Below, one piece after another: positions 10,116-19,605 of a stretch of DNA of 64,000 bases (the first letter of the stretch is position 1; each line of letters begins with the position of its first letter). The stretch is from an uncultured Chloroflexia bacterium (lineage in GTDB: Bacteria > Chloroflexota > Dehalococcoidia > GIF9 > UBA5629), in assembly GCA_963751585.1 (NCBI GenBank), contig CAVVVB010000003.1, forward strand, positions 8,667 through 72,666, written 5' to 3'. Both the position numbers and the translations under genes were made by a program. Under the pieces are notes generated by a model. It did not search any database. It had not been told where the DNA came from and was given only the letters and a program-made list of their open reading frames with translations.

Positions 10116-11342
10116 TTGTCATATGCCACAGGTTTGCGTTGTCGCAAATGTGGGCAAGAGTACCCCTTACAGCCTGTAAGGGTCTGTGATTTTTGTCTCA
10201 GCCCGGTAGAGGTCAACTACAACTATAAGGCGATGGCCGGTTCCATCAGCCGTGAGAAGATCTCCAAAGGGCCTTCAAGTGTGTGGCGCTACCGTGACTT
10301 GCTCCCTGTCGAGGGCGAAGAAGAGATCGACATAGGCGCCGGTTTCACGCCTCTGCTTAAAGCTCATAATCTCGGACGGGAGCTGGGATTAGACGACCTC
10401 TATGTTAAAAACGATTGCCTTAATCCCACATATTCTTTTAAAGACAGAGCTGTCTCGGTGGCAGTAACCAAAGCCCGCGAATTCGGTTTTGACACTGTTG
10501 CCTGTGCCTCAACGGGTAATCTGGCGGCCAGTGTGGCTGCCCATGCCGCCAAGGCAAACATGAAAGCCTATGTTTTTGTCCCGGCCAGTGTAGAGCCTGG
10601 CAAGTTGATAGGTGTGGCTATATATAAGCCGAACCTGGTTACCGTCGATGGCAGCTATGACGATGTCAACCGCCTCTGTGCGGAAGTGGCACAGCGATAT
10701 AACTGGGGGTTCATCAATATAAATCTCCGGCCATATTATGCCGAAGGTAGCAAGACGCTGGGTTTTGAAGTTGCGGAACAGCTGGGGTGGCGGGCGCCCG
10801 AATGCCTGGTGGCACCGGCGGCATCGGGTCTCCTGTTTACCCGGATTTGGAAAGGTTTACAAGAGCTGTCGATGCTTAAACTAATTGGACCGGTGGATAC
10901 CCACATGTATCTGACCCAGGCTGCGGGCAGCTCGCCTATTGTCAACGCATTTCAGGCCGGTAGCCTTCATGTTCATCCGGTGACACCCAATACGCTGGTC
11001 ACTTCCATAGCCATTGGCAATCCGGCCGATGGTTACTATGCTTTGACGGTGGCTCGACAATCGGGCGGCGGTGCCCAGGCCGTAACCGATGACGAGGCTA
11101 TCGAGGGGATGAAATTGCTGGCTCGAACCGAAGGCATTTTCGCCGAGGCTGCCGGCGGAGTGGTAATTGCTGGAGTTAAGAAGCTGGTCGCTGCCGGAGC
11201 CATTAAAAAAGACCAACTTACGGTCGCTTGTATCACTGGAGCCGGCCCGAGAACACAGGAGATTGTTTCCGATGTTGTCCACTCGTTTCATGTCCAGCCA
11301 AGTCTGGAATCGTTCAGAGAGGTCCTCGGTGTGGAGGTTTGA
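10116..11342 (+). CDS. Threonine-synthase-family PLP enzyme with an N-terminal Zn-ribbon (ThrC or a ThrC-like sulfur-incorporating paralog)
   Basis: 408 aa. N-terminal CRKCG...CDFC ribbon, PLP-lysine context SFKDRAV, and the fold-type II PLP core. It is the first gene of a tight 4-gene operon. Confidence 0.8.
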   Translation: MSYATGLRCRKCGQEYPLQPVRVCDFCLSPVEVNYNYKAMAGSISREKISKGPSSVWRYRDLLPVEGEEEIDIGAGFTPLLKAHNLGRELGLDDLYVKNDCLNPTYSFKDRAVSVAVTKAREFGFDTVACASTGNLAASVAAHAAKANMKAYVFVPASVEPGKLIGVAIYKPNLVTVDGSYDDVNRLCAEVAQRYNWGFININLRPYYAEGSKTLGFEVAEQLGWRAPECLVAPAASGLLFTRIWKGLQELSMLKLIGPVDTHMYLTQAAGSSPIVNAFQAGSLHVHPVTPNTLVTSIAIGNPADGYYALTVARQSGGGAQAVTDDEAIEGMKLLARTEGIFAEAAGGVVIAGVKKLVAAGAIKKDQLTVACITGAGPRTQEIVSDVVHSFHVQPSLESFREVLGVEV

Positions 11343-11389
11343 AATCAGCGCCTCAAATAGATTAATCTTACCTATTACAGGAGGACACC

Positions 11390-11632
11390 ATGGCTAGAAG
11401 GCAGGTAATGTTCACCTTCCCACGGGAGTTGATAAAAGAGCCTATTATTTATGATCTATCGCATAAATTTCAAGTGGTGACCAATATTCGCCGTGCCGAT
11501 GTGTCGGAGAACAGGGGCTGGGTAGTGCTGGAGCTGGAAGGTGACGACAAACAGATTGAGGCCGGCGTTGCCTGGGTTGTTGAGAAAGGCGTCAGAGTTG
11601 ATCCGGTGGTTGGTGATATAGTTGAAGGTTGA
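11390..11632 (+). CDS. Stand-alone NIL-domain protein (the domain found at the C-terminus of MetN ABC ATPases)
   Basis: 80 aa. The pattern II-YDLS-KF-V-TNIRRADV...GWVVLELEGDD-QIEAG-AW--EKGVRV resembles the MetN C-terminal NIL/ferredoxin-like fold. Confidence 0.6.
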   Translation: MARRQVMFTFPRELIKEPIIYDLSHKFQVVTNIRRADVSENRGWVVLELEGDDKQIEAGVAWVVEKGVRVDPVVGDIVEG

Positions 11633-11635
11633 CCT

Positions 11636-12802
11636 ATGAAAAGAATATATCTTGACTATGCTGCCACTACGCCGACACATCCAGAAGTATTGAAGGCGAT
11701 GTTACCCTATTTCACCGATTCCTTCGGTAATCCTTCCAGCATACATTCATATGGCCAGGAAGCCAGGGACGCTATTGAAAAGGCGCGAAATCAGATCGCA
11801 GCTCTTATCAGTGCCAGAAGTGAGGAGATTGTGTGCACTGGCAGTGGCACTGAAGCCGATAATTTCGCGCTGACTGGCGTCGCCTTGGCCCGGCAGGCCA
11901 AAGGAAATCATATTATCACCTGTGCCATCGAACATCACGCCGTGTTGGAAACCTGTAAGTTCTTGCAAAAACAGGGAGTCGCGGTTACCTATCTTCCCGT
12001 GGATGGTTATGGCAGAGTTGACCCGGATGATGTCAAAAAGGCAATCACCAATAAAACTGTCCTGCTATCAATAATGCATGCCAATAATGAATGCGGCACT
12101 ATTGAACCAGTTGCAGCCATCGCCAAGATTGCCCGTGAGGCTGGGGTTTATTTTCACACTGATGCCGTGCAGACAGTAGGTCATATTCCGGTGAATGTAA
12201 ATGAGTTAGGCGTTGATCTTCTGTCCAGTTCCGGGCATAAGCTTTATGGGCCCAAGGGCGTAGGTATACTCTATATCAGAAAAGGTACTAAGATAAGCCC
12301 GTTTATGCATGGTGGCGGCCAGGAGAAGGGAAGGCGGGCCAGTACTGAGAACGTGCCAGCTATTGTGGGCTTCGGCCAGGCCGCCGAAATAGCACGGCTA
12401 GAGATGCTCGAAGAAGCTCGGAGATTGACCGCTATGCGCGACAGGCTAGTCGACGGCATACTCCAGAGCATTGAAGGCACGCAGTTGAATGGCCATCCTA
12501 CGGCCAGGCTGCCCAACAATGTAAATGTCAGCGTTGACTATGTGGAAGGCGAATCGATGCTGTTGAATTTGGATTTAGCTGGAATCTGCGTCTCCACGGG
12601 CTCAGCCTGTAGCTCGGGAGACGCTGAACCATCGCACGTTTTGATGGCGATGGGGCTGCAGCCTTTACAGGCACACGGCTCTTTGCGATTTACCTTGGGT
12701 AAATGGACTACCGAGCAGGAAATAGACCACGTGCTGGAGGTGCTGCCCGGGATCATCTCCAAGCTCAGAGCTATGTCCCCTCTCATGAAGACCTCAAGCT
12801 AA
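11636..12802 (+). CDS. Cysteine desulfurase (NifS/IscS class V aminotransferase)
   Basis: 388 aa beginning MKRIYLDYAATTP. PLP-lysine region SSSGHKLYGPKGVG and the active-site loop SACSSG. Confidence 0.9.
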   Translation: MKRIYLDYAATTPTHPEVLKAMLPYFTDSFGNPSSIHSYGQEARDAIEKARNQIAALISARSEEIVCTGSGTEADNFALTGVALARQAKGNHIITCAIEHHAVLETCKFLQKQGVAVTYLPVDGYGRVDPDDVKKAITNKTVLLSIMHANNECGTIEPVAAIAKIAREAGVYFHTDAVQTVGHIPVNVNELGVDLLSSSGHKLYGPKGVGILYIRKGTKISPFMHGGGQEKGRRASTENVPAIVGFGQAAEIARLEMLEEARRLTAMRDRLVDGILQSIEGTQLNGHPTARLPNNVNVSVDYVEGESMLLNLDLAGICVSTGSACSSGDAEPSHVLMAMGLQPLQAHGSLRFTLGKWTTEQEIDHVLEVLPGIISKLRAMSPLMKTSS

Positions 12803-12833
12803 ACACGTAAACCTGCAAAAGGAGTTCAACTTT

Positions 12834-13898
12834 ATGAGCTCAATGCCGGAAATAGGCAAGATTTCACCCAAGGTCTTCGACGAGCTTATAGCTACACGCC
12901 TTGGTGCCAAGAGCGATAAGATTCTGGTCGGGCCTCAGAATGGCGTGGATGTGGGGATCGTGGAGATTGGAGGCCAGGCGGTTTCTTTCACCTGTGACCC
13001 CGTATTCATTGTGCCTGAATACGGCTGGGAGAGGTCGGCCTGGTTTGCCATTCATATCATTGCCTCCGACTCCGTGACCGGCGGACTCAAGCCCAAATTT
13101 TTGGCTATCGATTTGAATCTTCCCATGGAGATGACCGCCGAGCAACTTGAGATTATCTGGAAGACCATGCACCGGGAGTGTGTCAATCTGGGCATCTCGG
13201 TCATCACCGGCCATACTGGCCGATATGAGAACTGCCATTATCCTATGGTAGGTGGAGCCACGCTGGTAGGCATCGGCGCCAAAGACGGGTATGTCACTCC
13301 CAGGCTGGCGCGTGCCGGAGATAAGATAATCATTACCAAGGGGCCGGCTATTGAGGCGACGGGCATTTTCGCCACCATGTTTCCCAAACTTATTGAGCGC
13401 GAGTTCGGCAGAGATTTCAGCCTGAAAGCCCAGGACATTTTTTACAAAATGTCGGTGGTGGATGATGCTATGACTGCCGTGAGCATTGGGGTCCGGGATA
13501 AGGGCGTAACCGCCATGCATGATGCTACCGAATGTGGAATCTGGGGCGGACTGTACGAAATTGCACAGGCGGCCAATCTGGGTGTTAGAGTGGAAATGGA
13601 TAATATCGTAGTCGAGGATGGCGTGAAGGAAATATGCCATTATTTTAGCATCGACCCTTTCGCTTCTATCAGTGAAGGCACCCTGATTATGTCCTGCCGG
13701 GCGCACAAAGCCGATGAAATGCTGAAGGCACTACGACAGAAAGGCATCAAGTGTTCCATCGTCGGGGAGTTTACCCAGCCGAAATTTGGGATGGTGCTCG
13801 TACGAGGCGGCAAAGAAGGCAAGCTCGAACACCCCATTGTCGACCCCTTCTGGAGAGCCTTCTACGAGGCTATAGAAAAGTATAAAGATCAGGCCTGA
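12834..13898 (+). CDS. AIR-synthase-related (PurM-like) protein of unknown specific function
   Basis: 354 aa with a PurM-superfamily N-domain (GPQNGVDVGIV...DPVFI) and a C-domain. It lacks the characteristic C-terminal motifs of HypE, SelD and ThiL. Confidence 0.7.
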   Translation: MSSMPEIGKISPKVFDELIATRLGAKSDKILVGPQNGVDVGIVEIGGQAVSFTCDPVFIVPEYGWERSAWFAIHIIASDSVTGGLKPKFLAIDLNLPMEMTAEQLEIIWKTMHRECVNLGISVITGHTGRYENCHYPMVGGATLVGIGAKDGYVTPRLARAGDKIIITKGPAIEATGIFATMFPKLIEREFGRDFSLKAQDIFYKMSVVDDAMTAVSIGVRDKGVTAMHDATECGIWGGLYEIAQAANLGVRVEMDNIVVEDGVKEICHYFSIDPFASISEGTLIMSCRAHKADEMLKALRQKGIKCSIVGEFTQPKFGMVLVRGGKEGKLEHPIVDPFWRAFYEAIEKYKDQA

Positions 13899-14044
13899 CT
13901 TCCTCACTTCTGTAAAGACAGACCTCAGCATAGTCTCATTCGACCAACCGAGCCGAGAACGGTATAATATGAATATATTTTGTCTTTCCGCGCCATATGA
14001 AAGTTGGCTGCGTATCGAATGTTGAAATGGTTAGGAGTTGATCT

Positions 14045-14479
14045 ATGGCCAAGATAATTGCCGTCTGCAAGAGTGATAAAAAGGGGACTACGAAGGAAGA
14101 CGTGAAGGAAGGGATGTTGGAGAAGGACTTCGGACTCGTTGGCGATGCCCATGCTGATTGCTGTACTCACCGGCAGGTGAGTTTGCTGGCTGTAGAGAGC
14201 ATCGACAAGATGCGAGCACTGGGTCTGGATCTCAAACCCGGTGATTTTGCTGAAAATCTGACCGTCGAAGGTATGGATCTGGTGTCTTTGCCGGTGGGCA
14301 CACAGGTTTCGGTGGGGAAAGATGTTCTCCTTGAGATCAGTCAGATCGGCAAAGAATGTCATAGCGGCTGTGCTATCTTCAAGCAGGTGGGCAAGTGCAT
14401 AATGCCTAAAGAGGGGATATTCGCTCGGGTAATTAGAGGCGGTCCGGTTAAGACCGGGGACCGGATAAAGGTATCATAA
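14045..14479 (+). CDS. MOSC-domain protein (Mo-cofactor-sulfurase C-terminal-domain family)
   Basis: 144 aa. A beta-barrel MOSC-like pattern (GDAHADCCTHRQVSLLAVES...GENLTVEG...G) and a conserved Cys. Confidence 0.75.
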   Translation: MAKIIAVCKSDKKGTTKEDVKEGMLEKDFGLVGDAHADCCTHRQVSLLAVESIDKMRALGLDLKPGDFAENLTVEGMDLVSLPVGTQVSVGKDVLLEISQIGKECHSGCAIFKQVGKCIMPKEGIFARVIRGGPVKTGDRIKVS

Positions 14480-14500
14480 TCCACTGCATCCCGGCAGTAG

Positions 14501-15433
14501 ATGGGGCCAACCATGAATAGGGAGTCGGAGCTAACCGACAAAATCTCAAGCTTAAAGGTCAAAAGAAATGCCGTTATCCTTGCCCACAACTATCAGTTGG
14601 GTGAGATTCAGGATATAGCCGATTTCGTCGGCGATTCCTTGGACCTTAGCCAGAAAGCGGCTAAGACCGATGCCAGCGTCATAGTCTTCTGCGGAGTTCA
14701 TTTCATGGCGGAGACGGCTTCGATACTCTGCCCCGAAAAGACGGTCCTGCTTCCCGATGTGAATGCCGGCTGCCCGATGGCTAATATGATCACGGCCCCC
14801 CAGCTTCGCGCCAAGAAAAAAGAACACCCGGGGGCTGTCGTGGTCTGCTACATCAATTCCTCAGCAGCGGTGAAGGCGGAGTCCGATGTTTGCTGCACCT
14901 CCGCCAATGCGGTTAAGGTCGTGGAAAGTCTGGATGCGGAGGAGATAATTTTTGTTCCCGACCAGTACTTGGGCAATTATGTCTCGACCAAAACTGGCAA
15001 GAAACTGATTCTCTGGCCCGGTTTTTGTCCCACTCACGCGCGGATACTGCCCGAACATATTGCCAAACTCAAGCAGGAATATCCTGAGGCTAAGGTGGTG
15101 GTACACCCCGAATGTAAACCGGGAGTCATCGCTCTGGCTGACGCGGCTTTGAGCACCAGCGGCATCATTAAATTCGCCGCTCGGGAAGATGTCAAAGAAA
15201 TGATTGTGGGAACAGAGATGGGCATAATCCACCGCCTCAAGAAAGAGAATCCGGGCAAAAGGTTTATTCCCGTTTCCGAGCAGGCGGTATGCCCGAATAT
15301 GAAATTAATCACTCTGGAGAAGGTCTTGTGGTCCCTTGAAGAAATGGCACCACAGGTTAAAGTGCCGGAAAAGATCCGTCTCAGGGCAAAGGCTGCCGTT
15401 GATAAAATGCTGGAGATAGGCAGGAGCGATTGA
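14501..15433 (+). CDS. nadA: Quinolinate synthase A. The start is either ATG 14501 or ATG 14513.
   Basis: 310 aa. NadA motifs (ILAHNYQ, VFCGVHFMAETA and three conserved Cys for the 4Fe-4S cluster) are present. Confidence 0.85.
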   Translation: MGPTMNRESELTDKISSLKVKRNAVILAHNYQLGEIQDIADFVGDSLDLSQKAAKTDASVIVFCGVHFMAETASILCPEKTVLLPDVNAGCPMANMITAPQLRAKKKEHPGAVVVCYINSSAAVKAESDVCCTSANAVKVVESLDAEEIIFVPDQYLGNYVSTKTGKKLILWPGFCPTHARILPEHIAKLKQEYPEAKVVVHPECKPGVIALADAALSTSGIIKFAAREDVKEMIVGTEMGIIHRLKKENPGKRFIPVSEQAVCPNMKLITLEKVLWSLEEMAPQVKVPEKIRLRAKAAVDKMLEIGRSD

Positions 15434-15759
15434 GCGATACCGGGGAGGTAGTTGTTTTCGTTACCGCCAGCTCGGAGAAAGAAGCTCAAAAGATATCCGA
15501 GCTATTACTTGGACGGAGAAAGGCCGCCTGCGTAAACATAGTTCCCATGGTGGATTCGTCTTTTTGGTGGCAGGGCAAGCTGGATTCAGCCCGTGAAAGC
15601 CTGCTGATTATCAAGACCAAAGCCTCGTTGCTGCCTGAAATCATTGATATGGTCAAAGAGGCGCACGGCTACGAAGTCCCGGAGATAATCGCTCTGCCCA
15701 TAGTCGGCGGGAGCGAAGATTACCTGAACTGGATAGACAGCGAGGTTAGAGAGAGCTGA
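15430..15759 (+). CDS. cutA: Divalent-cation tolerance protein CutA
   Basis: 109 aa. Typical CutA1 fold sequence (VVVFVTASSEKEAQKISELLL...YEVPEIIALPIVGGSEDYLNWI). Its start overlaps the nadA stop. Confidence 0.85.
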   Translation: MSDTGEVVVFVTASSEKEAQKISELLLGRRKAACVNIVPMVDSSFWWQGKLDSARESLLIIKTKASLLPEIIDMVKEAHGYEVPEIIALPIVGGSEDYLNWIDSEVRES

Positions 15760-15765
15760 ACACTT
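15690..15765 (+). repeat. The cutA 3' end, which recurs as two degenerate direct copies at 19335..19420 and 19468..19512 (att-like island boundaries)
   Basis: gagataatcgctctgcccatagtcggcgggagcgaagattacctgaactggatagacagcgaggttagagagagctgaac is seen almost identically at 19335-19420 (gaaataatcgctcttcacataatcggtggaaatgaagactacctgaactggatcgacagcgaggttagaggagctgaac). A shorter copy lies at 19468-19512. Confidence 0.85.
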
Positions 15766-15908
15766 CGTCATAAAGTGCAATAGTGGTATTTACATTGACA
15801 AGTTTGATTACTCCAAAGGGCTTGTAGGCAAGGAAGCTATAACCAATAGATGTGGATAGATATATGTTAGAGATTACTTGAAGAATGAAGGTATTGTCAT
15901 GAGGCTAT

Positions 15909-16781
15909 TCATGTATATAACTTTACAAAACCCGCCTTAAAGTCGGTATGTTTCATGCCAAGCAAAACAAGAATAGAAGCACGTACAAGCGCTCTTCCGG
16001 CTGTGCGTGTCTCTTGGGCATTCGCCTCACTAAGTCGTGATAGTTGGCCGTCATGAAAGCCATCATTTCTTAACTTATAGAGATCATTAAGCCTAGGAAT
16101 CGCGGGAAACTGTTGATCCACGAGCAATGACTCCACTTTTTGAAACTTATTTCCGGGCTTGCCTAGAAAATTTGCCTGTGACTCAAGACATACCCAATTC
16201 AGAGCAGCTTCAACCAACGGTCTTCCGATCTCGAATTCTCGTAGGGCACTAAAAAACCACTGCATCGCCAAACGAAGTCGCGTTTCTTCAATTGTTGGAA
16301 TAATACTTAGTGCTTTCTCGAAGTTGTCTGTCGCTTTATCGGGCGGTGCAGCAAGTTCATGAAATCCCTCGCCACCTGTAACAAAGGCTAGAGATGAAGA
16401 CCAGTCTGCCACAGATTTTCTTGTTTCCCTCCACAAATATTGACAGCTCCCGCCAAAATAAATAGACGTGAATGCAAGTAAATCATCTATGATAGTCCTA
16501 TCGCTGGATGGTTCAAAAACGGAATCATTAGGAGGGATGCCGTAATATTCGATCACTATCGCTGCGTGTTTGAGACAATAGTCCACATCTGAAATTTGTG
16601 CTTTGGGAGTTAGAAGGGGATTAAATCCATAGGAAGATTCGTAAGAGAAATCACTTGGTTTTAGGATATACCAATTTCTCTTACTTAAAAATGGTGCAGC
16701 AAACTTTGTCCACCAGATTGTATGTGGCGCATTAACTATGTATCTAATGAATGGTTTGGGGGCCGTGACAATCTGTGTCAC
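15909..16781 (-). CDS. Hypothetical protein (island cargo)
   Basis: 290-aa ORF in the low-GC insert. No family recognised by eye. Confidence 0.5.
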   Translation of the reverse strand: MTQIVTAPKPFIRYIVNAPHTIWWTKFAAPFLSKRNWYILKPSDFSYESSYGFNPLLTPKAQISDVDYCLKHAAIVIEYYGIPPNDSVFEPSSDRTIIDDLLAFTSIYFGGSCQYLWRETRKSVADWSSSLAFVTGGEGFHELAAPPDKATDNFEKALSIIPTIEETRLRLAMQWFFSALREFEIGRPLVEAALNWVCLESQANFLGKPGNKFQKVESLLVDQQFPAIPRLNDLYKLRNDGFHDGQLSRLSEANAQETRTAGRALVRASILVLLGMKHTDFKAGFVKLYT

Positions 16782-16935
16782 AATGCACTCTCGTAATTAG
16801 GTCGGTCACTTATACAAGTTATACTGTTGGTCTTACACGTCAGTTTACCATGCTGTGATCGGCGCAACAACTGCTGCTGAGCAATAGAAGGCAACAAATA
16901 GCCAGAAGGTGACATTTGTAACCGTTGGAGAAAAC

Positions 16936-17832
16936 TTAATTATTTAATAGCATTCGCCTCATTTGTTTGACTTTTATGTTCCAGCCGTTCTTTTCAATTG
17001 CGCTGTGTAATTGCTCGATATTCTTCTTAGCTAATTGAGAATATCCTCCGGCAACAACAATGCCTTCTACACTACTTTCATCGCGGGCAATAAGAATGCT
17101 ATTAGGCATGGGGTCATCGGTATTATCAAATAATCCGAGTTGCTTTTTTTGCTCGTAATTTTTTTGGTAGCAGGTTGCGTAATCATTGATATGTTCTCTG
17201 ACGTGTTGAACGTAGTCGTTTACCTGTTTGCCTGCCTTCTCCCGAAGTTCTGGATTTCTTCCCAGCTTAATCTCAAGGACAACGAAATGATACTTTCCTG
17301 TCTCTCCACGTTTTAGTGCTAACAGGTCAACTCTAGCCCAATTGAGATGGTCCGCGACCTGGCGGTCAATGATAAAAAAATCAGGGTTAGGAGGGTTATC
17401 TGTAACGATGACTTGCTCCATCGTTATCTCTTCACCATTGTGCACCTTTCGTATCTGCCCACTGATGCGATCCAGATGATTCCTCTGAAAGAAGCGATGT
17501 AACTTGTCGCTTTGGATATTGAAACTAATGTATTCTCCACTAAATCGCCGGTTTAAAGAACAAGCTTCAAGCTTTTTATATATGTCATCAGAGATAAATT
17601 TCTTGTGTATCTTCGCTGTGTAGGTTCGACTCATCGTTTTTGGTGTTACCTGGGCAACTGAATTACCTTGGTAGTAAATATTGAAGCAATCCTGCCGGAT
17701 TTGAAGGTTGTATTCTTCATTCGAATTATTGATGAGTTTGACAACAGGTTTGAGGTCTTTCTTTATCATCTCCCAATCTTCATCCACGTGGCTAAAGAAA
17801 CGGTCAATAGTTCGTATGTAATTTGTGCTCAT
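16936..17832 (-). CDS. Hypothetical protein with a PD-(D/E)xK-nuclease-like motif (island cargo)
   Basis: 298 aa. The region FFIIDRQVADH...GKYHFVVLEIKLG fits a D...(E)xK restriction-endonuclease-fold active-site pattern. Confidence 0.45.
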   Translation of the reverse strand: MSTNYIRTIDRFFSHVDEDWEMIKKDLKPVVKLINNSNEEYNLQIRQDCFNIYYQGNSVAQVTPKTMSRTYTAKIHKKFISDDIYKKLEACSLNRRFSGEYISFNIQSDKLHRFFQRNHLDRISGQIRKVHNGEEITMEQVIVTDNPPNPDFFIIDRQVADHLNWARVDLLALKRGETGKYHFVVLEIKLGRNPELREKAGKQVNDYVQHVREHINDYATCYQKNYEQKKQLGLFDNTDDPMPNSILIARDESSVEGIVVAGGYSQLAKKNIEQLHSAIEKNGWNIKVKQMRRMLLNN

Positions 17833-17859
17833 TCTTTCCTCCTAAGAGTGGCGATAAGA

Positions 17860-19149
17860 TTACAGGATTAATTCCTGACCATCATCAACTAGGATAACAT
17901 TAGAGAACATCTCATTGAACCTTTCGGGATAGAAAGTGTGGATCGGGATAATGAATCTCGGTTTAAGAGCTTCACTGATATCTCTCAAATGCTGAAGAAC
18001 GGCATGACCACTTGTGTGTATCTCCGATAATTCAATACCACGTTCAGCTAAAAACTCAGGCAGATTATTTCTTTCAAGATACCCGTGCCACATCGAGTAG
18101 ACAGTTGTCGCTTCACCACACTTGGTTATCAAGCTACGGTAGAACCGATTATCCTTGGACAGGACGACTTTATTTTCAGGCTCGATGTAAATCTCCTTTG
18201 GTTTTATCCTATGCTTGGCATATTTATACAGGAGCTGTTCATCCAGTTTCGCCAGTTTTTGGGCATGGTGATGAAGAAAGAAGACCCGCACGTTGTCCCA
18301 ATTGAATTGGGGGATATTCGGTGACAAGTCACGGAGCTTTTCAAGAACGAATGCCGTATACAAGTCTATTATGAAAGTTCTATCGGACTTCTTTGCTGCT
18401 CGATATATAGATACGATGCGATCTAGGTTCTGCGACGATGTAAAGACAAAGCAGATTTTCTTATCGACTCGCATCTTGTGAACCAGTGCTTCTTCAACAG
18501 AGGTTTCGTCAGGATAAAGCCCCTCTTCTCTACCGATCATCGAGCCTTCCATGATCAGATAATCTATGTTCTCAGGAGGTTGCTTTATCAACCTTTCAAG
18601 TAAGATCTTTTTCCTTCCGTGACCGCGGAAATCACCCGTATAGAATATCCTCTTCTGGTCATGTTCTATGAGAAATGCAGCGGCGTCAGGAGCAGAGTGA
18701 TCCATGAGATATGGAGTGATGGTGAAACCGCTGATTTTAAAAGGTCTCCACATCATAAACGTTTTGATATTAACAACATTGATATTAGCTTCGATGAAGA
18801 GGTTTGACACTTCAGCTAATGACTTGGTTCCCCTGCTCATATATATGGGGATATCCGGTTGAACGAATTGCAGGAATCCATAGTGGTCTTGATGGGCATG
18901 AGATAATAGTACCGCTGAAACAGGTGATTGACTGGAATTATAAAGGCCTTCGATAGCAGGTAATATCTTAAGATCGATCAACTGTTGAGCACTTTTCCCT
19001 TTGTGTACGCTCCACTCGAACTGTGTCCTGTCCGATTTTACTAGGGGCATACCAAAGTCTAGAATCAGTCGCGCGCCAGTAGAGTCGGAAGATATTTGGA
19101 CACAGCTTCCCCCGATTTCATGGGTGCCACGATGAATCGTGAGTCTCAC
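17860..19149 (-). CDS. Metallo-beta-lactamase-fold hydrolase (island cargo), possibly a nuclease
   Basis: 429 aa. The HxHxDH motif (LLSHAHQDHYGFLQ) and a downstream FYTGDFRGHG (Asp motif) are typical of MBL/beta-CASP-type enzymes. Confidence 0.7.
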   Translation of the reverse strand: MRLTIHRGTHEIGGSCVQISSDSTGARLILDFGMPLVKSDRTQFEWSVHKGKSAQQLIDLKILPAIEGLYNSSQSPVSAVLLSHAHQDHYGFLQFVQPDIPIYMSRGTKSLAEVSNLFIEANINVVNIKTFMMWRPFKISGFTITPYLMDHSAPDAAAFLIEHDQKRIFYTGDFRGHGRKKILLERLIKQPPENIDYLIMEGSMIGREEGLYPDETSVEEALVHKMRVDKKICFVFTSSQNLDRIVSIYRAAKKSDRTFIIDLYTAFVLEKLRDLSPNIPQFNWDNVRVFFLHHHAQKLAKLDEQLLYKYAKHRIKPKEIYIEPENKVVLSKDNRFYRSLITKCGEATTVYSMWHGYLERNNLPEFLAERGIELSEIHTSGHAVLQHLRDISEALKPRFIIPIHTFYPERFNEMFSNVILVDDGQELIL

Positions 19150-19605
19150 GCACGTATTATAATGCTGGTTATCAACTTCTTACAAACGGTGTAATTACTG
19201 CAAAAGCTATAGGGTTAAATGTATGCAAGGAATAGTAAACAAATCATCGTTTTGTGCAGGGGATGGTGTCGCTCTGCCACGAGGGCTCTTGAAATTTTCT
19301 CTCTAGGCTGGTCTAAAGCTATGAAGTCCCTGAAATAATCGCTCTTCACATAATCGGTGGAAATGAAGACTACCTGAACTGGATCGACAGCGAGGTTAGA
19401 GGAGCTGAACGTCTGGCAACTCAGATTTACTTTCACGGTTAATGTTAGTACTTCAAAATGATACCCTCGTCACAACCGTCGGCAACGGAGATTACCTGAA
19501 GCGGATAGATAACGAAGCCAGGCAGAAGCCAGCTAACCATATAAGAATGCAGAGTTGGTTGTATAATGAGAAATATAGGCACTTAGGCAGTGAAGGAGGT
19601 CACCT

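Noticed and set aside
15586-15780. 64-aa minus-strand ORF antisense to the cutA 3' end, and its near-twin at 19215..19436
   Set aside because: Both are the reverse-frame shadow of the duplicated cutA terminal sequence. Their similarity to each other simply reflects the cutA repeat, not a gene family.
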